Shown here: in pieces, positions 18,346 through 28,929 of the stretch
Layout: each line of letters starts with the position of its first letter
Numbering within the stretch: the first letter of the stretch is position 1
NCBI GenBank assembly: GCA_009927055.1
Contig: RFNS01000061.1
Span: 1 to 55,102 of the forward strand
Source of the DNA: Alphaproteobacteria bacterium
GTDB lineage: Bacteria > Pseudomonadota > Alphaproteobacteria > UBA9219 > RFNS01
DNA: 55,102 nucleotides
Reading direction: 5' to 3'
The notes under the pieces: model-generated
Databases searched by the model: none
Told to the model about the DNA's origin: nothing
What the model saw: only the letters and a program-made list of their open reading frames with translations
Made by a program: the position numbers and the translations under genes

Positions 18346-21194
18346 CGAATAATATTCATGCAGCAAGAAAAGTAGAGCAATCTGCCCCCAAAACTTATAC
18401 GCCATATCAGGGACAGTATTTTGCTCACGCGCTAACCCTCGATGGTCAGGCGGAAGATACCATCTCGCGTTCGATTGCCAGTGCAAAAGTCGATATGAAC
18501 CCGCACCAGGTGGAAGCTGCGCTTTTCGCGCTACGCTCACCATTATCGCAGGGTGTTATTCTGGCTGATGAAGTCGGTTTGGGTAAAACCATTGAGGCGA
18601 GCCTTGTGATCGCCCAGAAATGGGCCGAGCGTCAGCGAAGAATCTTGCTGATTGTACCAGCTATGCTCCGCAATCAATGGGCGCAAGAGTTAAGTGAAAA
18701 GTTTTCTATGCCCACCACCATCATAGAAACCTCCAGCTATAACGCTGCCAAGAAAGCTGGAAAACTCAATCCGTTTGAAAGCGACCGTATCGTCATTTGT
18801 TCATATGAGTTTGCCGCCAGAAAAAATGTTGATGTTAAAAATATCGATTGGCACCTGGTTATCTTTGACGAAGCCCACAAGCTGCGTAATGTCTGGAAAA
18901 AAGATGGAGCCAAGAAAGCCAAAGCCCTTCAGGCGGCATTGGACGGCAAAAAGAAAATGCTGTTGTCTGCAACGCCTTTGCAAAACTCCTTGCTGGAACT
19001 GTATGGCCTAATCTCGATTATTGATCCCCATTTCTTTGGCAGTGCCGATGCCTTCAAGGCGCAGTATGTCGGCGGCAAAGCTACCGCGCAGAACCTTGAT
19101 ATTCTCAAACACCGTCTTGGCAAAGTGTGCAGCCGTACATTGCGCCGTCAGGTACAGCAGGAAGGCGGCATCAAGTTTACACGCCGCCATTCGATTGTGG
19201 AAGATTTCCGCCCCAGCCAGGAAGAGCTTGATCTATACGATAGCATTTCAAGCTATTTGCAGCGCGATGACATCGCTTCAATCAAACCAGGTGCGCGCCA
19301 CCTCGTCACGCTTGTGATCAGAAAGATTCTGGCCTCGTCATCTTTTGCCATCAGCGGCACGCTTGAAAAAATGATCCAGCGCCTTGAAAGCGGTCTGACG
19401 GACATCAATACTGATACGCTTGATGACATTGAGAACATCAAGGACATCGCTGAAGAACTGGATTTTGAAGACGAGGATGATGGTGAAAAACCTGACAACC
19501 AGGCTCTTAGAAAAGAAATTGACGAATTAAAATCCTATCAAGTGCTGGCAAAGCGTATTCAACAGAATGAAAAAGGCAATGCACTGCTCAAGGTGCTGGA
19601 TCGCGCTTTTGCACGCGTGACGGAGCTGGGCGGCGCACGCAAGGCTGTTGTCTTCACTGAATCTTGCCGGACGCAACAGCATTTGAAAGAATTGCTGGAA
19701 GCCAACGGCTATGCTGGCGAGATTGTCCTGCTTAACGGGTCGAACAATGACCCTGAATCAAAGCGCATTTATCAGGAATGGCAAGCGCGCCATAAAGGAT
19801 CGGATAAGGTTTCCGGTTCAAAATCGGCAGATATGAAGGCCGCTATCGTTGAAGAGTTCAAAAACAAAGCCACCATTTTAATCTCGACGGAATCCGGTGC
19901 CGAGGGCGTGAACATGCAGTTCTGCTCCTTGCTGGTCAATTATGATCTGCCCTGGAACCCACAGCGGGTTGAGCAGCGCATTGGTCGTGTCCATCGTTAC
20001 GGCCAGCAATGCGATGTGGTTGTGGTCAACTTCCTCAATAAGGGCAACAAGGCCGACCAGCTCGTCTTTGAATTGCTGGATCGTAAATTTAAGCTCTTTG
20101 AAGGCGTCTTCGGTGCCAGCGATGAAATCCTGGGTGCGATTGAGTCGGGTGTCGATATTGAACAGCGCATCAACGGCATCCTGCAAAAATGCCGCCACAC
20201 AACAGAGATCGAACAAAACTTTGCCCAGCTCCAGCTGGATTTAGATGGCTTGATCGAGGCACGGGAACAAGACGCCCGCCGTACTTTGCTGGAAAACTTT
20301 GATCCTGAAGTTCTGCGTAAGCTGCAAAGCCGTCGCAGCAGTATGGATCTTGCCCTCAACGCTTACGAAGAGCAGTTGATGACTATGATCCGTGCCGAGC
20401 TACCGGATGCAGAATTTGAAGAGGCCAGCTTCAAGCATAATGGCGAGGAATATTTCCTGAAATGGAAAGAGGCTGAAGAAAACAACGGCCAGTTCTTCCG
20501 TATCGATCACGGTTTGGCGGGGCAACTCGTTGATGGTGCAAAAGCAAAGACTTTGCCTGTTTCGACTGTGCGTTTCCACCTTGACCGCTACGGCATGCAA
20601 TTGGGCGATCTAAAGGAGTTCCGTGGTAAGTCGGGCTGGCTGGCATTGTCCAAGCTCACCGTTGAATCGATTAATACGGTTGAACATCTTATCGCTGCCG
20701 CCAAAACAGATGATGGTCAGGTGCTTGACGGCGATCTTTGCGCACGCCTGATGCTGGTACCGTCAGAGATTGTCGGATCACCGCAAGGAAATGCTCCCGC
20801 TGATCTGCCCATCATCGCCGATCAAATCGTTCAAACGCATCTCCGTCAGGCGCATGATGAAAACGGCGTCTATTTTGAGGAAGAGCGCGACAAGCTGGAA
20901 CGCTGGGCCGAAGACACCAAGCAGGCCATGGAACAAGAAATCAAGGCCCTGGAAAAAGAGATCCGCGAAGCCAAGAAGCTGGCGCGCAGTCTGGCCACTT
21001 TGGATGAAAAGACCAAAGAACAGCGCCGTATTAAAAAGATGGAAAAAGACCGCGATGATAAGATGCTTGAATTCTTCAACACCCGTAAACAGGTGGACGA
21101 AAAAATGGAAGAACTTCTCGATACCATCGAAGCAAAATTACAGTTGAATCCAGTGCTCACTTCGGTCTTCATGATCCGGTGGGAGTTGGTGTAG
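18342..21194 (+). CDS. SNF2-family helicase with C-terminal coiled coil
   Basis: LADEVGLGKT, DEAH, SATP, GAEGVNMQ, YDLPWNP, QRIGRVHRYGQ. Confidence 0.92.
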   Translation: MTNNIHAARKVEQSAPKTYTPYQGQYFAHALTLDGQAEDTISRSIASAKVDMNPHQVEAALFALRSPLSQGVILADEVGLGKTIEASLVIAQKWAERQRRILLIVPAMLRNQWAQELSEKFSMPTTIIETSSYNAAKKAGKLNPFESDRIVICSYEFAARKNVDVKNIDWHLVIFDEAHKLRNVWKKDGAKKAKALQAALDGKKKMLLSATPLQNSLLELYGLISIIDPHFFGSADAFKAQYVGGKATAQNLDILKHRLGKVCSRTLRRQVQQEGGIKFTRRHSIVEDFRPSQEELDLYDSISSYLQRDDIASIKPGARHLVTLVIRKILASSSFAISGTLEKMIQRLESGLTDINTDTLDDIENIKDIAEELDFEDEDDGEKPDNQALRKEIDELKSYQVLAKRIQQNEKGNALLKVLDRAFARVTELGGARKAVVFTESCRTQQHLKELLEANGYAGEIVLLNGSNNDPESKRIYQEWQARHKGSDKVSGSKSADMKAAIVEEFKNKATILISTESGAEGVNMQFCSLLVNYDLPWNPQRVEQRIGRVHRYGQQCDVVVVNFLNKGNKADQLVFELLDRKFKLFEGVFGASDEILGAIESGVDIEQRINGILQKCRHTTEIEQNFAQLQLDLDGLIEAREQDARRTLLENFDPEVLRKLQSRRSSMDLALNAYEEQLMTMIRAELPDAEFEEASFKHNGEEYFLKWKEAEENNGQFFRIDHGLAGQLVDGAKAKTLPVSTVRFHLDRYGMQLGDLKEFRGKSGWLALSKLTVESINTVEHLIAAAKTDDGQVLDGDLCARLMLVPSEIVGSPQGNAPADLPIIADQIVQTHLRQAHDENGVYFEEERDKLERWAEDTKQAMEQEIKALEKEIREAKKLARSLATLDEKTKEQRRIKKMEKDRDDKMLEFFNTRKQVDEKMEELLDTIEAKLQLNPVLTSVFMIRWELV

Positions 21195-21209
21195 GAAAGT
21201 AGGATTATC

Positions 21210-22973
21210 ATGGCAAAAAAACAAAAACTGGAGCTGACCTGGATTGGCAAAGAAAATCGGCCAAAGCTGGAGCCACGTATTTTGCTGGAAGATACTACCA
21301 TGTCCTATCATGCGCCGCACAAGGTGACAGAGGATGACCTGTTTGATAATCGGCTTATTTTTGGAGATAATCTTTTAGCACTAAGGGCTTTGGAGCAGGA
21401 ATTTACTGGCAAAATTAAATGTATATATATTGATCCCCCCTTCAATATTGATGCGGCTGGGGTTCCATACGAAGACAACATAGAAAATTCTTTGTGGCTC
21501 TCTCTAATGAGAAGCCGATTAGAAATTCTTCATCGTCTTATGACGAGGGATGGTCTTATCTTCGTACATATTGATGATGAAATGCTACATTACCTTGCCG
21601 TTTTAATGGATGAGATTTTTTCTAAATCTAATAGAATTAATATTATAGCTGTTAAGATGAGCGAAGCCTCTGGCGTAAAGATGTCTCATGCGGACAAGCG
21701 GCTTCCAAAGCTAAAAGAATATATTTTGGTTTATAAGAAAGAATTAACACCAACAATTACCATTGAAAAAATACCAACTGGTGAATGGAATGAGGAGTAT
21801 AAAACGTTACTGGTAGATATTTCGAAAGAGGATATAAGCGAACTAAAAGATATAATCTCAAAAGAAAAATGTGATGAAGGCGATGTAGCCGAATGTTTGA
21901 GGATTCTTAAGAAAGCAAGGACAATAAGTCTCAGTAAATTTTTTAAAGATAATGATATAAAAGAGAAAGAACAAAACGCCTGGAAGTTTGATAATGCTTG
22001 GAGAATTATTCAAGCAGTTGGATCTTCAAGTGTTCTCAATCTTGCAAAACGCCAACCTAAACAAGACCAAGAAATAGCAGCAGCACTTTCTGCCACAGGT
22101 TTAATCTATCTTTATAAGACCGATGTTGATCCAGAAGCGAAGCAACCACGAGTGCAGGTTATTTTTGCGGACGATAATCTTCTCCAAAATCCTGGAGATT
22201 TTTGGTCGGATATTAAAACAACTGGTGGTGTCGGACAAGAAGGGGGAGTTCTATTCCCAAACAGTAAAAAGCCAGAAGCCCTATTAAAAAGAATTATTGG
22301 CATGTGTACTCAACCTGGAGATATCGTTCTAGATTCATTTGCTGGCTCAGGAACAACTGGTGCCGTTGCCCATAAAATGAAGCGTCGCTGGATAATGGTG
22401 GAGCTTATGGAGCATTGCCATACGCATGTTATACCACGCCTTAAAAGCGTGATTGATGGAACAGATGCCAGCGGTATTACAAAAGCAGTCGACTGGAGAG
22501 CCGGTGGCGGGTTCCGGTACTATTACCTTGCTCCATCGCTTCTGCAAAAAGACAAATGGGATAACTGGGTTATCAGCACCGAATACAATGCTGCGATGCT
22601 TTCCGAGGCCATGTGCAAGCTGATGGGTTTCACTTATCAGCCCAATTCAGAGCATTATTGGATTCACGGACATTCGTCGGAATCTGACTTTATCTATGTG
22701 ACCACCGCTGTTCTGACGCATGACCAGTTAAAAGTTATCAGCGAGGAAGTCGGCAAAAACAGAACGCTTCTGATTTGTTGCAAGGCATTTAAAGCCAATC
22801 AAGACGCTTTTGAAAACCTAACAATTCGCAAAATTCCTGCCGCTGTTCTTGTGAAATGCGAATGGGGCAAGGATGATTACAGTTTGAATGTCGCCAATCT
22901 TCAACCGAAACCGGAACCAGAAAACAAGGGCAATGGCACACCTTCCTTGTTTGATACAATGCAGGAAGGTTAA
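21210..22973 (+). CDS. mod: Type III restriction-modification methyltransferase
   Basis: IYIDPPFN (motif IV) before VLDSFAGSGTTG (motif I); AT-rich central specificity region. Confidence 0.92.
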   Translation: MAKKQKLELTWIGKENRPKLEPRILLEDTTMSYHAPHKVTEDDLFDNRLIFGDNLLALRALEQEFTGKIKCIYIDPPFNIDAAGVPYEDNIENSLWLSLMRSRLEILHRLMTRDGLIFVHIDDEMLHYLAVLMDEIFSKSNRINIIAVKMSEASGVKMSHADKRLPKLKEYILVYKKELTPTITIEKIPTGEWNEEYKTLLVDISKEDISELKDIISKEKCDEGDVAECLRILKKARTISLSKFFKDNDIKEKEQNAWKFDNAWRIIQAVGSSSVLNLAKRQPKQDQEIAAALSATGLIYLYKTDVDPEAKQPRVQVIFADDNLLQNPGDFWSDIKTTGGVGQEGGVLFPNSKKPEALLKRIIGMCTQPGDIVLDSFAGSGTTGAVAHKMKRRWIMVELMEHCHTHVIPRLKSVIDGTDASGITKAVDWRAGGGFRYYYLAPSLLQKDKWDNWVISTEYNAAMLSEAMCKLMGFTYQPNSEHYWIHGHSSESDFIYVTTAVLTHDQLKVISEEVGKNRTLLICCKAFKANQDAFENLTIRKIPAAVLVKCEWGKDDYSLNVANLQPKPEPENKGNGTPSLFDTMQEG

Positions 22974-22976
22974 GCC

Positions 22977-25688
22977 ATGAACCGTACCGTAAGCTCTATC
23001 ACCGCACGTCTCTCTCTTCGCAGCCCACAGGAAGAGTCGCTTGAAATTCTGGCCAACATTCTTGAGAGCATTGAGCTTTCAAAGGCTCCTGATCTGATTC
23101 AGACCCTAAAAACAATCGAAGGCATGTATCCGTCGGTTAAGGATTTTGAGCGTGAATTTCCATCGCTGTGCTTTGCTATTGCTACGGGTGTCGGTAAAAC
23201 TCGCCTGATGGGCGCCTTTATTGCTTATTTTTATCTGACAGGCCGCAGTCACAATTTCTTTGTCCTCGCGCCCAACTTGACCATTTACGACAAGCTGATC
23301 AGCGATTTCTCACCGCAAAGCCCAAAATACGTTTTCAGGGGCATCGCAGAATTCGCCACCAATCAGCCTGTTATCATTACAGGCGACAACTATGAAAGTG
23401 GTATCGGTGTGCGCGGGCGTGACCTGTTAGGGCATGACGACACGCCGTATATCAATATTTTCAATATCTCCAAGATCAACGCCACGGAGAACAAGCCAGG
23501 TGCGGCGAAAAGCAAGGTAGCCAAAATCAAGCGGCTGCAAGAATATATTGGCGAAAGCTATTTTGAATATCTCTCGAACCTGCCTGACCTTGTGCTGTTG
23601 ATGGATGAGGCGCACCGTTACCGTGCGACGGCTGGGGCAAATGCAATTAATGAATTGAAGCCCTTACTTGGAATTGAGCTGACTGCAACGCCAAAATCGG
23701 TCGGTGCAAAGTCAACAGACTTTAAGAATATTATCTATGATTACCCGCTGGCTCAGGCGATGATTGACGGCTACGTCAAGGATCCTGCCGTTGCTACGCG
23801 TAAGGATTTCAATGTCGAGCAATACAAAAATGACCCTGAACGGCTGGAACGCATCAAACTTGAAGATGGTATCCACCACCACGAGCATGTGAAAGTCGAG
23901 CTGGATGTTTATGCCCGCCAGTATGCCAAGCCGCTCGTAAAGCCGTTTATGTTGGTTGTCGCTCAAGATACGGAGCACGCCCGTCAGCTGCGCGCTGTCA
24001 TGGAGAGCAATGATTTCTTCGCTGGCCGCTATAAAGGCAAAGTCGCAGAGATTCACTCCAAACAGTCTGGCACTGAAGAAGATGAAAATATTCAAAAGCT
24101 GATTGCAATTGAGAACCCTGCCGAGCCAACGGAAATCGTTATTCACGTTAACAAGCTAAAAGAAGGCTGGGACGTTACCAACCTTTATACGATCGTCCCG
24201 TTGCGGGCATCGGCTTCGGAAATTCTGACCGAGCAGACCATTGGACGCGGTTTGCGTTTGCCGTATGGCCGTCGCACGGGAGTTGAAGCGGTTGACCGTT
24301 TGACAATCGTCGCCCACGACCAATTCCAGAAAATTGTGGATGCCGCCAACAATCCTGATTCCATCATCCGCAAGACGGTGATCATCGGCGAAGGTGGCGA
24401 GATTGGTCTTGAAAAGCCCAGGGCGATTGAGGTTCCCTCCATTGCCGAAACGGCGCTTTCTGGTTTCAAAGACAGATCTCAAGATGATTATGCTGTATCA
24501 GCTATCATTAAGTCGCCGGAGCATCAGCACATTGCCGCTGTGACGATTGAAGTGGCAAGAAAATATGAGCGCCTTGATAGTTCGCAAAAACTTAAAGAGC
24601 CGGAAATACAAAAGAAGATCGCCGACGAGGTTAGAGAAATCCTTCGTCCTGTTCAGGGAGCATTAGACGGCATTCTTCAAGGGCCGGATATTGAAGAGGT
24701 TGTGAATACCGTTACCACCAACCTTGCAGAATTGACGATTGACGTTCCGAACATCGTCCTCATTCCAACGCGCGAGATCACATACGGCTTCAAGGATTTT
24801 GACTTGCAAAACCTTGGGACGGTTAATTATCCGCCCGTCAGCGAAGAAATTCTAATCCACCAGCTTCGTACCAATCAAAAGTCCACTCTGACGTGGAACA
24901 GCAATATCGAACGTGAAGCGCGGCCAGAAAATTATATCGTTCGGTCTCTCATCGATCATGACGAGATTGATTACGACGAACACGCCGATCTGCTGTACAA
25001 ACTGGCAGGCCAGATTGTTACGCGCTTGCGGGCATATCTGAAAGACGAAACTGAAGTTGAAAACGTCCTTCTCTATTATCAGAAACGCTTGTCCCAGTTT
25101 GTGTTTGCCCAGATGATGGAACATTACTGGGAGACGCCGACGGATTATCGCCCTAGCATCACGCAAGGCTTTTCGATCTTAAAGCCTGTCAACTACACCC
25201 TGGCGGCAAGTGAGAAACCTCGTAATTTCCGGCAAATCCCGCAGAACAAATCAGATGTTAAAAAGATGGTGTTCTCTGGCTTTACCAAATGTTGCTACCC
25301 ACTGCAAAAGTTTGACTCGGTGGACGGCGAATTGCGCTTTGCCAATTTACTGGAAGACGATGCAACCGTTTTGAAATGGATGAAGCCAGCGCCTGGTGTC
25401 TTCCGTATCGAATATCGTGATGGCATCCCATACAATCCGGACTTTGTCGTCGAGACAACTACGGAAAAGCTGATCTGCGAACCGAAAATGGAATCGGAGA
25501 TGAAAAGCGATGACGTTTTGACCAAGGCGCGGTCGGCCACAAAATGGTGTCGGTATGCTTCGGAATACGCGAAGGCCAATGGTAAAAAGCCATGGTCATA
25601 TCTTTTAATTCCGCATACGGCTATCGGTAGCAACCGTTCTCTGGATTCCTTAAAAGCGGAATACCAAGTTAACGAGCTTGATCTTTAA
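22977..25688 (+). CDS. res: Type III restriction endonuclease subunit
   Basis: ATGVGKT, DEAH, TATP, LKEGWD, QTIGRGLR; C-terminal YNPDF..CEPK nuclease motif. Confidence 0.92.
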   Translation: MNRTVSSITARLSLRSPQEESLEILANILESIELSKAPDLIQTLKTIEGMYPSVKDFEREFPSLCFAIATGVGKTRLMGAFIAYFYLTGRSHNFFVLAPNLTIYDKLISDFSPQSPKYVFRGIAEFATNQPVIITGDNYESGIGVRGRDLLGHDDTPYINIFNISKINATENKPGAAKSKVAKIKRLQEYIGESYFEYLSNLPDLVLLMDEAHRYRATAGANAINELKPLLGIELTATPKSVGAKSTDFKNIIYDYPLAQAMIDGYVKDPAVATRKDFNVEQYKNDPERLERIKLEDGIHHHEHVKVELDVYARQYAKPLVKPFMLVVAQDTEHARQLRAVMESNDFFAGRYKGKVAEIHSKQSGTEEDENIQKLIAIENPAEPTEIVIHVNKLKEGWDVTNLYTIVPLRASASEILTEQTIGRGLRLPYGRRTGVEAVDRLTIVAHDQFQKIVDAANNPDSIIRKTVIIGEGGEIGLEKPRAIEVPSIAETALSGFKDRSQDDYAVSAIIKSPEHQHIAAVTIEVARKYERLDSSQKLKEPEIQKKIADEVREILRPVQGALDGILQGPDIEEVVNTVTTNLAELTIDVPNIVLIPTREITYGFKDFDLQNLGTVNYPPVSEEILIHQLRTNQKSTLTWNSNIEREARPENYIVRSLIDHDEIDYDEHADLLYKLAGQIVTRLRAYLKDETEVENVLLYYQKRLSQFVFAQMMEHYWETPTDYRPSITQGFSILKPVNYTLAASEKPRNFRQIPQNKSDVKKMVFSGFTKCCYPLQKFDSVDGELRFANLLEDDATVLKWMKPAPGVFRIEYRDGIPYNPDFVVETTTEKLICEPKMESEMKSDDVLTKARSATKWCRYASEYAKANGKKPWSYLLIPHTAIGSNRSLDSLKAEYQVNELDL

Positions 25689-25918
25689 CGGCATTGAACA
25701 AGCTGTTGCCTGACCAAAGCGTAGTCTTGTAACACGGCTGGAAAAACTGCACCTGCAGGGGCAGATTCAATTTCATCTGCCAACTTATGCTGAAACTCCC
25801 GATCATACTTCTTGATCGGTGGGCAAACGCAGGCCGGATCAGAATTTGCCGTTGCGCAGGCGGTCAACAAGCTCACCGCGATTGCGAGGAGCATCAAGCG
25901 TGGCACGCAATTGAGCAT
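25685..25918 (-). CDS. Putative o-spanin (Rz1-like lipoprotein)
   Basis: GGAG RBS, lipobox LTAC, CVCPP; starts inside the upstream gene in another frame. Confidence 0.65.
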   Translation of the reverse strand: MLNCVPRLMLLAIAVSLLTACATANSDPACVCPPIKKYDREFQHKLADEIESAPAGAVFPAVLQDYALVRQQLVQCR

Positions 25919-26078
25919 CTTTAATCTCCAATGATTTTTTGAGTTGATCGACACGTTCAGCGTTACGGCCAGCTTGGCGCGCACCCAGCAGAACAGCACT
26001 GACCGACAATGCCGCCACGCTCCATCCGATGAGGCGCAGGGCATTGCCGGAAAGCCAGGTTTTGATGATCGCCCACAT
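25839..26078 (-). CDS. Putative i-spanin (Rz-like)
   Basis: N-terminal TM then short helical domain; between endolysin and lipoprotein. Confidence 0.6.
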   Translation of the reverse strand: MWAIIKTWLSGNALRLIGWSVAALSVSAVLLGARQAGRNAERVDQLKKSLEIKDAQLRATLDAPRNRGELVDRLRNGKF

Positions 26079-26749
26079 TAGCGGAGCCCCTTGCGGTGAT
26101 CATCGATCCGCGCCCAAAGCATAACGCCGATGCCGATAAGGGTAACGGCCAGCAGCAGCCATTTGGCGACTTCCAGGTACGGCGCGAGGCCCACCAGGGC
26201 GTCGCGGGCGGGGTCAATGGTTTGCTGGACGGCTTCAACCACGCCCAGGCCCGCCGTGGCGGCTGTGGCGGCCTGTCCGCCCTTGACAGTGCGGCTGGCC
26301 TGCAAGTTGACCTTTTCCGGCTCCACGCCTGCCAACACCAGCCCCTTGGTCAACGCGACGTCGGTATAGGGTTGCTGGCCATTTTCATGCCGGATGATCG
26401 CTTTGGTCAGCGGCAGGAGATGATCAAAACGGTGCATGTCGAGGATCTGGTCGGCATCCTGTCCCGTGTCCGCTGCCACAGCCCTTATATACGCATTCGT
26501 GTTGTTTTCGTTCGGGGGTGCCCAGCGAGAAATTATCTGGCGGATCGTGCGCAGGCCATGCTTGTCCTGATAGGCAATCAACGTGCGTGCCAGCGCGCGG
26601 ATGCCGTAAATGGCCGATTTGAACGTGAAGAATTCCACGTCACCCTGGCGCTCCGCCAAACCTTGCCATGGATCGCCATTGCGGCGAAGGTTGCCAGGGT
26701 TGTTGTTGCGGATGCCGCGCGGCGTGCGTTCGGAAGTTGATACCGTCAT
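26078..26749 (-). CDS. Putative endolysin (RNNNPGN family) with C-terminal membrane anchor
   Basis: PRGIRNNNPGNLR, RWAPPNENNT, AIIRHENG; hydrophobic C-terminus; AGGAG RBS. Confidence 0.75.
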   Translation of the reverse strand: MTVSTSERTPRGIRNNNPGNLRRNGDPWQGLAERQGDVEFFTFKSAIYGIRALARTLIAYQDKHGLRTIRQIISRWAPPNENNTNAYIRAVAADTGQDADQILDMHRFDHLLPLTKAIIRHENGQQPYTDVALTKGLVLAGVEPEKVNLQASRTVKGGQAATAATAGLGVVEAVQQTIDPARDALVGLAPYLEVAKWLLLAVTLIGIGVMLWARIDDHRKGLR

Positions 26750-26765
26750 TGTTTTCTCCTGTCTG

Positions 26766-27053
26766 TTAGCGGTTAAAAAAGGGCTTGATGATCTGTTCGA
26801 GCAGCGCACCCGCGATAGCGCCCAGCGCCAGCACCACCGCAAAGCCGCCTTTCCAGCGGTTCGCCATGCGGTCGAGATCGGCGAGCTTGGTATCCATGCC
26901 CTCGACCTTGGTTTTCAGTTCTGTAATGGCCGTGGTCAGGGTCTGGACTTGGGCTTCCAGCCTACCGATGGCACGGAAGTATTCCGGTTCCGTCATGGGC
27001 GTGTTCTCCTGTTCCCGCCCGTTATGGGCAGGGTTTTGGTTCTGGTTTTTCAT
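26766..27053 (-). CDS. Holin-like coiled-coil plus TM protein
   Basis: IGRLEAQV coiled coil, WKGG then one TM; directly upstream of lysin. Alternative start 26996. Confidence 0.55.
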   Translation of the reverse strand: MKNQNQNPAHNGREQENTPMTEPEYFRAIGRLEAQVQTLTTAITELKTKVEGMDTKLADLDRMANRWKGGFAVVLALGAIAGALLEQIIKPFFNR

Positions 27054-27065
27054 GGGTGGCTCCGT

Positions 27066-27893
27066 TTATCCGGCGACGACGATCAACATGCCGCCTTGTC
27101 CCGTGGACGGGGGTGACCCGTTCCGGCGCACAACTTCAACAGCAAGCTGGGTCAGACGAAGATTACCGCTTGTAGCGCGGCGTACAGTTTCAATGGCAAG
27201 CTGGCTTACTTGCAGGCGTGCCTCTGTCGGGCGGCGCAACGCTTCAACGGCGACCTGGCTGACGCGCAGAACGGGGTTATCAACCAGAGTGAAGGTATCG
27301 GAAAAATCAAAATATCCGACACCGCCATCTGCCGCACCGCCGCTGGTCAGATCGGAACCGCTGCCGCCATACCAGATCGTTCCCGTGCGGCTGGTGGTGA
27401 CCGTGTTTCGAGAACGGTAACCGATCTCGACAACGATGCGGTCGCCCGTCAGCGCAGCAACGGCGGTTAAGGTCGCGGCTGCCGACAGAGCCTTGCCCAG
27501 CGCCGTCGTTCCCCATTCATTGGTGTCAGGGTCGGCATAGTTGGCCAGCAATGTGCCGCGCAGATTGTCGGTGTCGCCCTGCGTGACAAAAACGTGAAGG
27601 TAATACGCCATATCGGCGGCAGCGTTGGATTCCTGCACGCCCATCATAAGGTTCAGCGTGCCAGAAAAATTATGATCCGCCGCCAGCGGTGCAGATACGC
27701 AACGCAGAAGCAGAACATCGTAATCCGCTGAGGAGACGGTTTCCGCGCTGCCGATAGACAACGGCCCACCCAGGCCGGACAAATCCTTGGCACCCATGCC
27801 GCAAATGGCATGACCCGTTGTCTTCTCCCACGCGCCACGGATCGTCGTCGGCGTGTATGCAACTCCGACGGCTGATGGATAGAGCTTTGTCAT
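27066..27893 (-). CDS. Putative virion accessory protein with three C-terminal 18-aa repeats
   Basis: Beta-rich Thr/Gly/Ala composition; repeats LRVSQVAVEALRR, LQVSQLAIETVRR, LRLTQLAVEVVRR. Confidence 0.6.
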   Translation of the reverse strand: MTKLYPSAVGVAYTPTTIRGAWEKTTGHAICGMGAKDLSGLGGPLSIGSAETVSSADYDVLLLRCVSAPLAADHNFSGTLNLMMGVQESNAAADMAYYLHVFVTQGDTDNLRGTLLANYADPDTNEWGTTALGKALSAAATLTAVAALTGDRIVVEIGYRSRNTVTTSRTGTIWYGGSGSDLTSGGAADGGVGYFDFSDTFTLVDNPVLRVSQVAVEALRRPTEARLQVSQLAIETVRRATSGNLRLTQLAVEVVRRNGSPPSTGQGGMLIVVAG

Positions 27894-28918
27894 TATGCTT
27901 GAACCTTGTAGCCAAATTCAGCGCCGTTGATCTCGCTTTCTGTCCAGGCTGCCGTGGTGTTTGGATTTTGCTCCATGACCTGGCGGTAAACCCGATAATC
28001 GGTGCCGACGTTTTGCGACGCGCCTTCATAATCGGTGCTAGAAACGCGCGTCAGCGAACGCAGCGTTCGCCCACCCGCATCGTCTTTACGCGCGGCCATG
28101 TTCACTTGGACACCGAAAATGCTCCCCGTGATCGCCGGAAGGTTCCCGCAATCGAGCGTGTCGCGCTGCCCGACCGTATTGCTGTAGTTATAGGTGGAAT
28201 CGCTATCAATCGTCGTGTCGTCCAGGTTGTCCCAGTTGCTGGCGCTGCCCTGTTTGCTGAATTCAGAATAATTGCCAGCGCTGATGGGGCGAACGGTATC
28301 CACGCGCACGTCACCGAGGAAGGTGTTGTTATTGCTGCCCGTGCTATCGCAGACGTAAAGATCATCGATGGCATTGTCAGATCCGCGACCCCAGATTTGA
28401 ATACGCACCGCTGTTGAGAGGGTGGTGGACTGTTTGGTATCGCCCGTGAAATTGATCCAGGTGCTTTCGTTGACGCGCACCTCCCAATTCCCGCCGCTAT
28501 CTGCAATCGTGTATTTAACTTCGATATAGTTCCAGGTCAGGATCGGCAGTGCATTCGTGGACGTGGCCAACAACGTGCCGCTCGTCACGGAGTTTCGGTA
28601 AACGCGAATGGTGCCATCGTTGCCGATAGAAAGCGCACCCTGAATTGTGCCTGCCTCATCCGTGAACCGCAGCAGCTCTGTTGTTTCGGTGGAAAGCATG
28701 TAAAGCCCGAAACCAACAATCCAGGTTGATTGCGGATCAAAGGTCAGGCCGATGAAATCGCTGGAAGTGCGGAACAGCAAAGCTGTGCTGCCGGAGCGAC
28801 GGCCTGTCATGGTGGTGATGCCGCTCGACCCGCCGCTATCATTGTAAGAAGCATACTTGAGCGGAATCTGGCTGGGGATCGAATAATGATCGAAGCCGTC
28901 AATGAAACGTAAAGCCAT
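27893..28918 (-). CDS. Putative virion receptor-binding or lectin-like protein
   Basis: MALRFIDGFDHY start, WNYIEVK..EVRVN..IDDLYV beta-sandwich pattern; downstream of tail genes. Confidence 0.55.
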   Translation of the reverse strand: MALRFIDGFDHYSIPSQIPLKYASYNDSGGSSGITTMTGRRSGSTALLFRTSSDFIGLTFDPQSTWIVGFGLYMLSTETTELLRFTDEAGTIQGALSIGNDGTIRVYRNSVTSGTLLATSTNALPILTWNYIEVKYTIADSGGNWEVRVNESTWINFTGDTKQSTTLSTAVRIQIWGRGSDNAIDDLYVCDSTGSNNNTFLGDVRVDTVRPISAGNYSEFSKQGSASNWDNLDDTTIDSDSTYNYSNTVGQRDTLDCGNLPAITGSIFGVQVNMAARKDDAGGRTLRSLTRVSSTDYEGASQNVGTDYRVYRQVMEQNPNTTAAWTESEINGAEFGYKVQA

Positions 28919-28929
28919 GTGTTTTCTCC

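Noticed and set aside
21210-22973. Phase-variable simple repeats in mod
   Set aside because: No tandem tract beyond short A-runs in Lys codons.
331-25700. attL copy of the tRNA-Ser 3' end
   Set aside because: No duplicate found by eye at the left end or at module junctions; a local alignment would be needed to exclude a short core.
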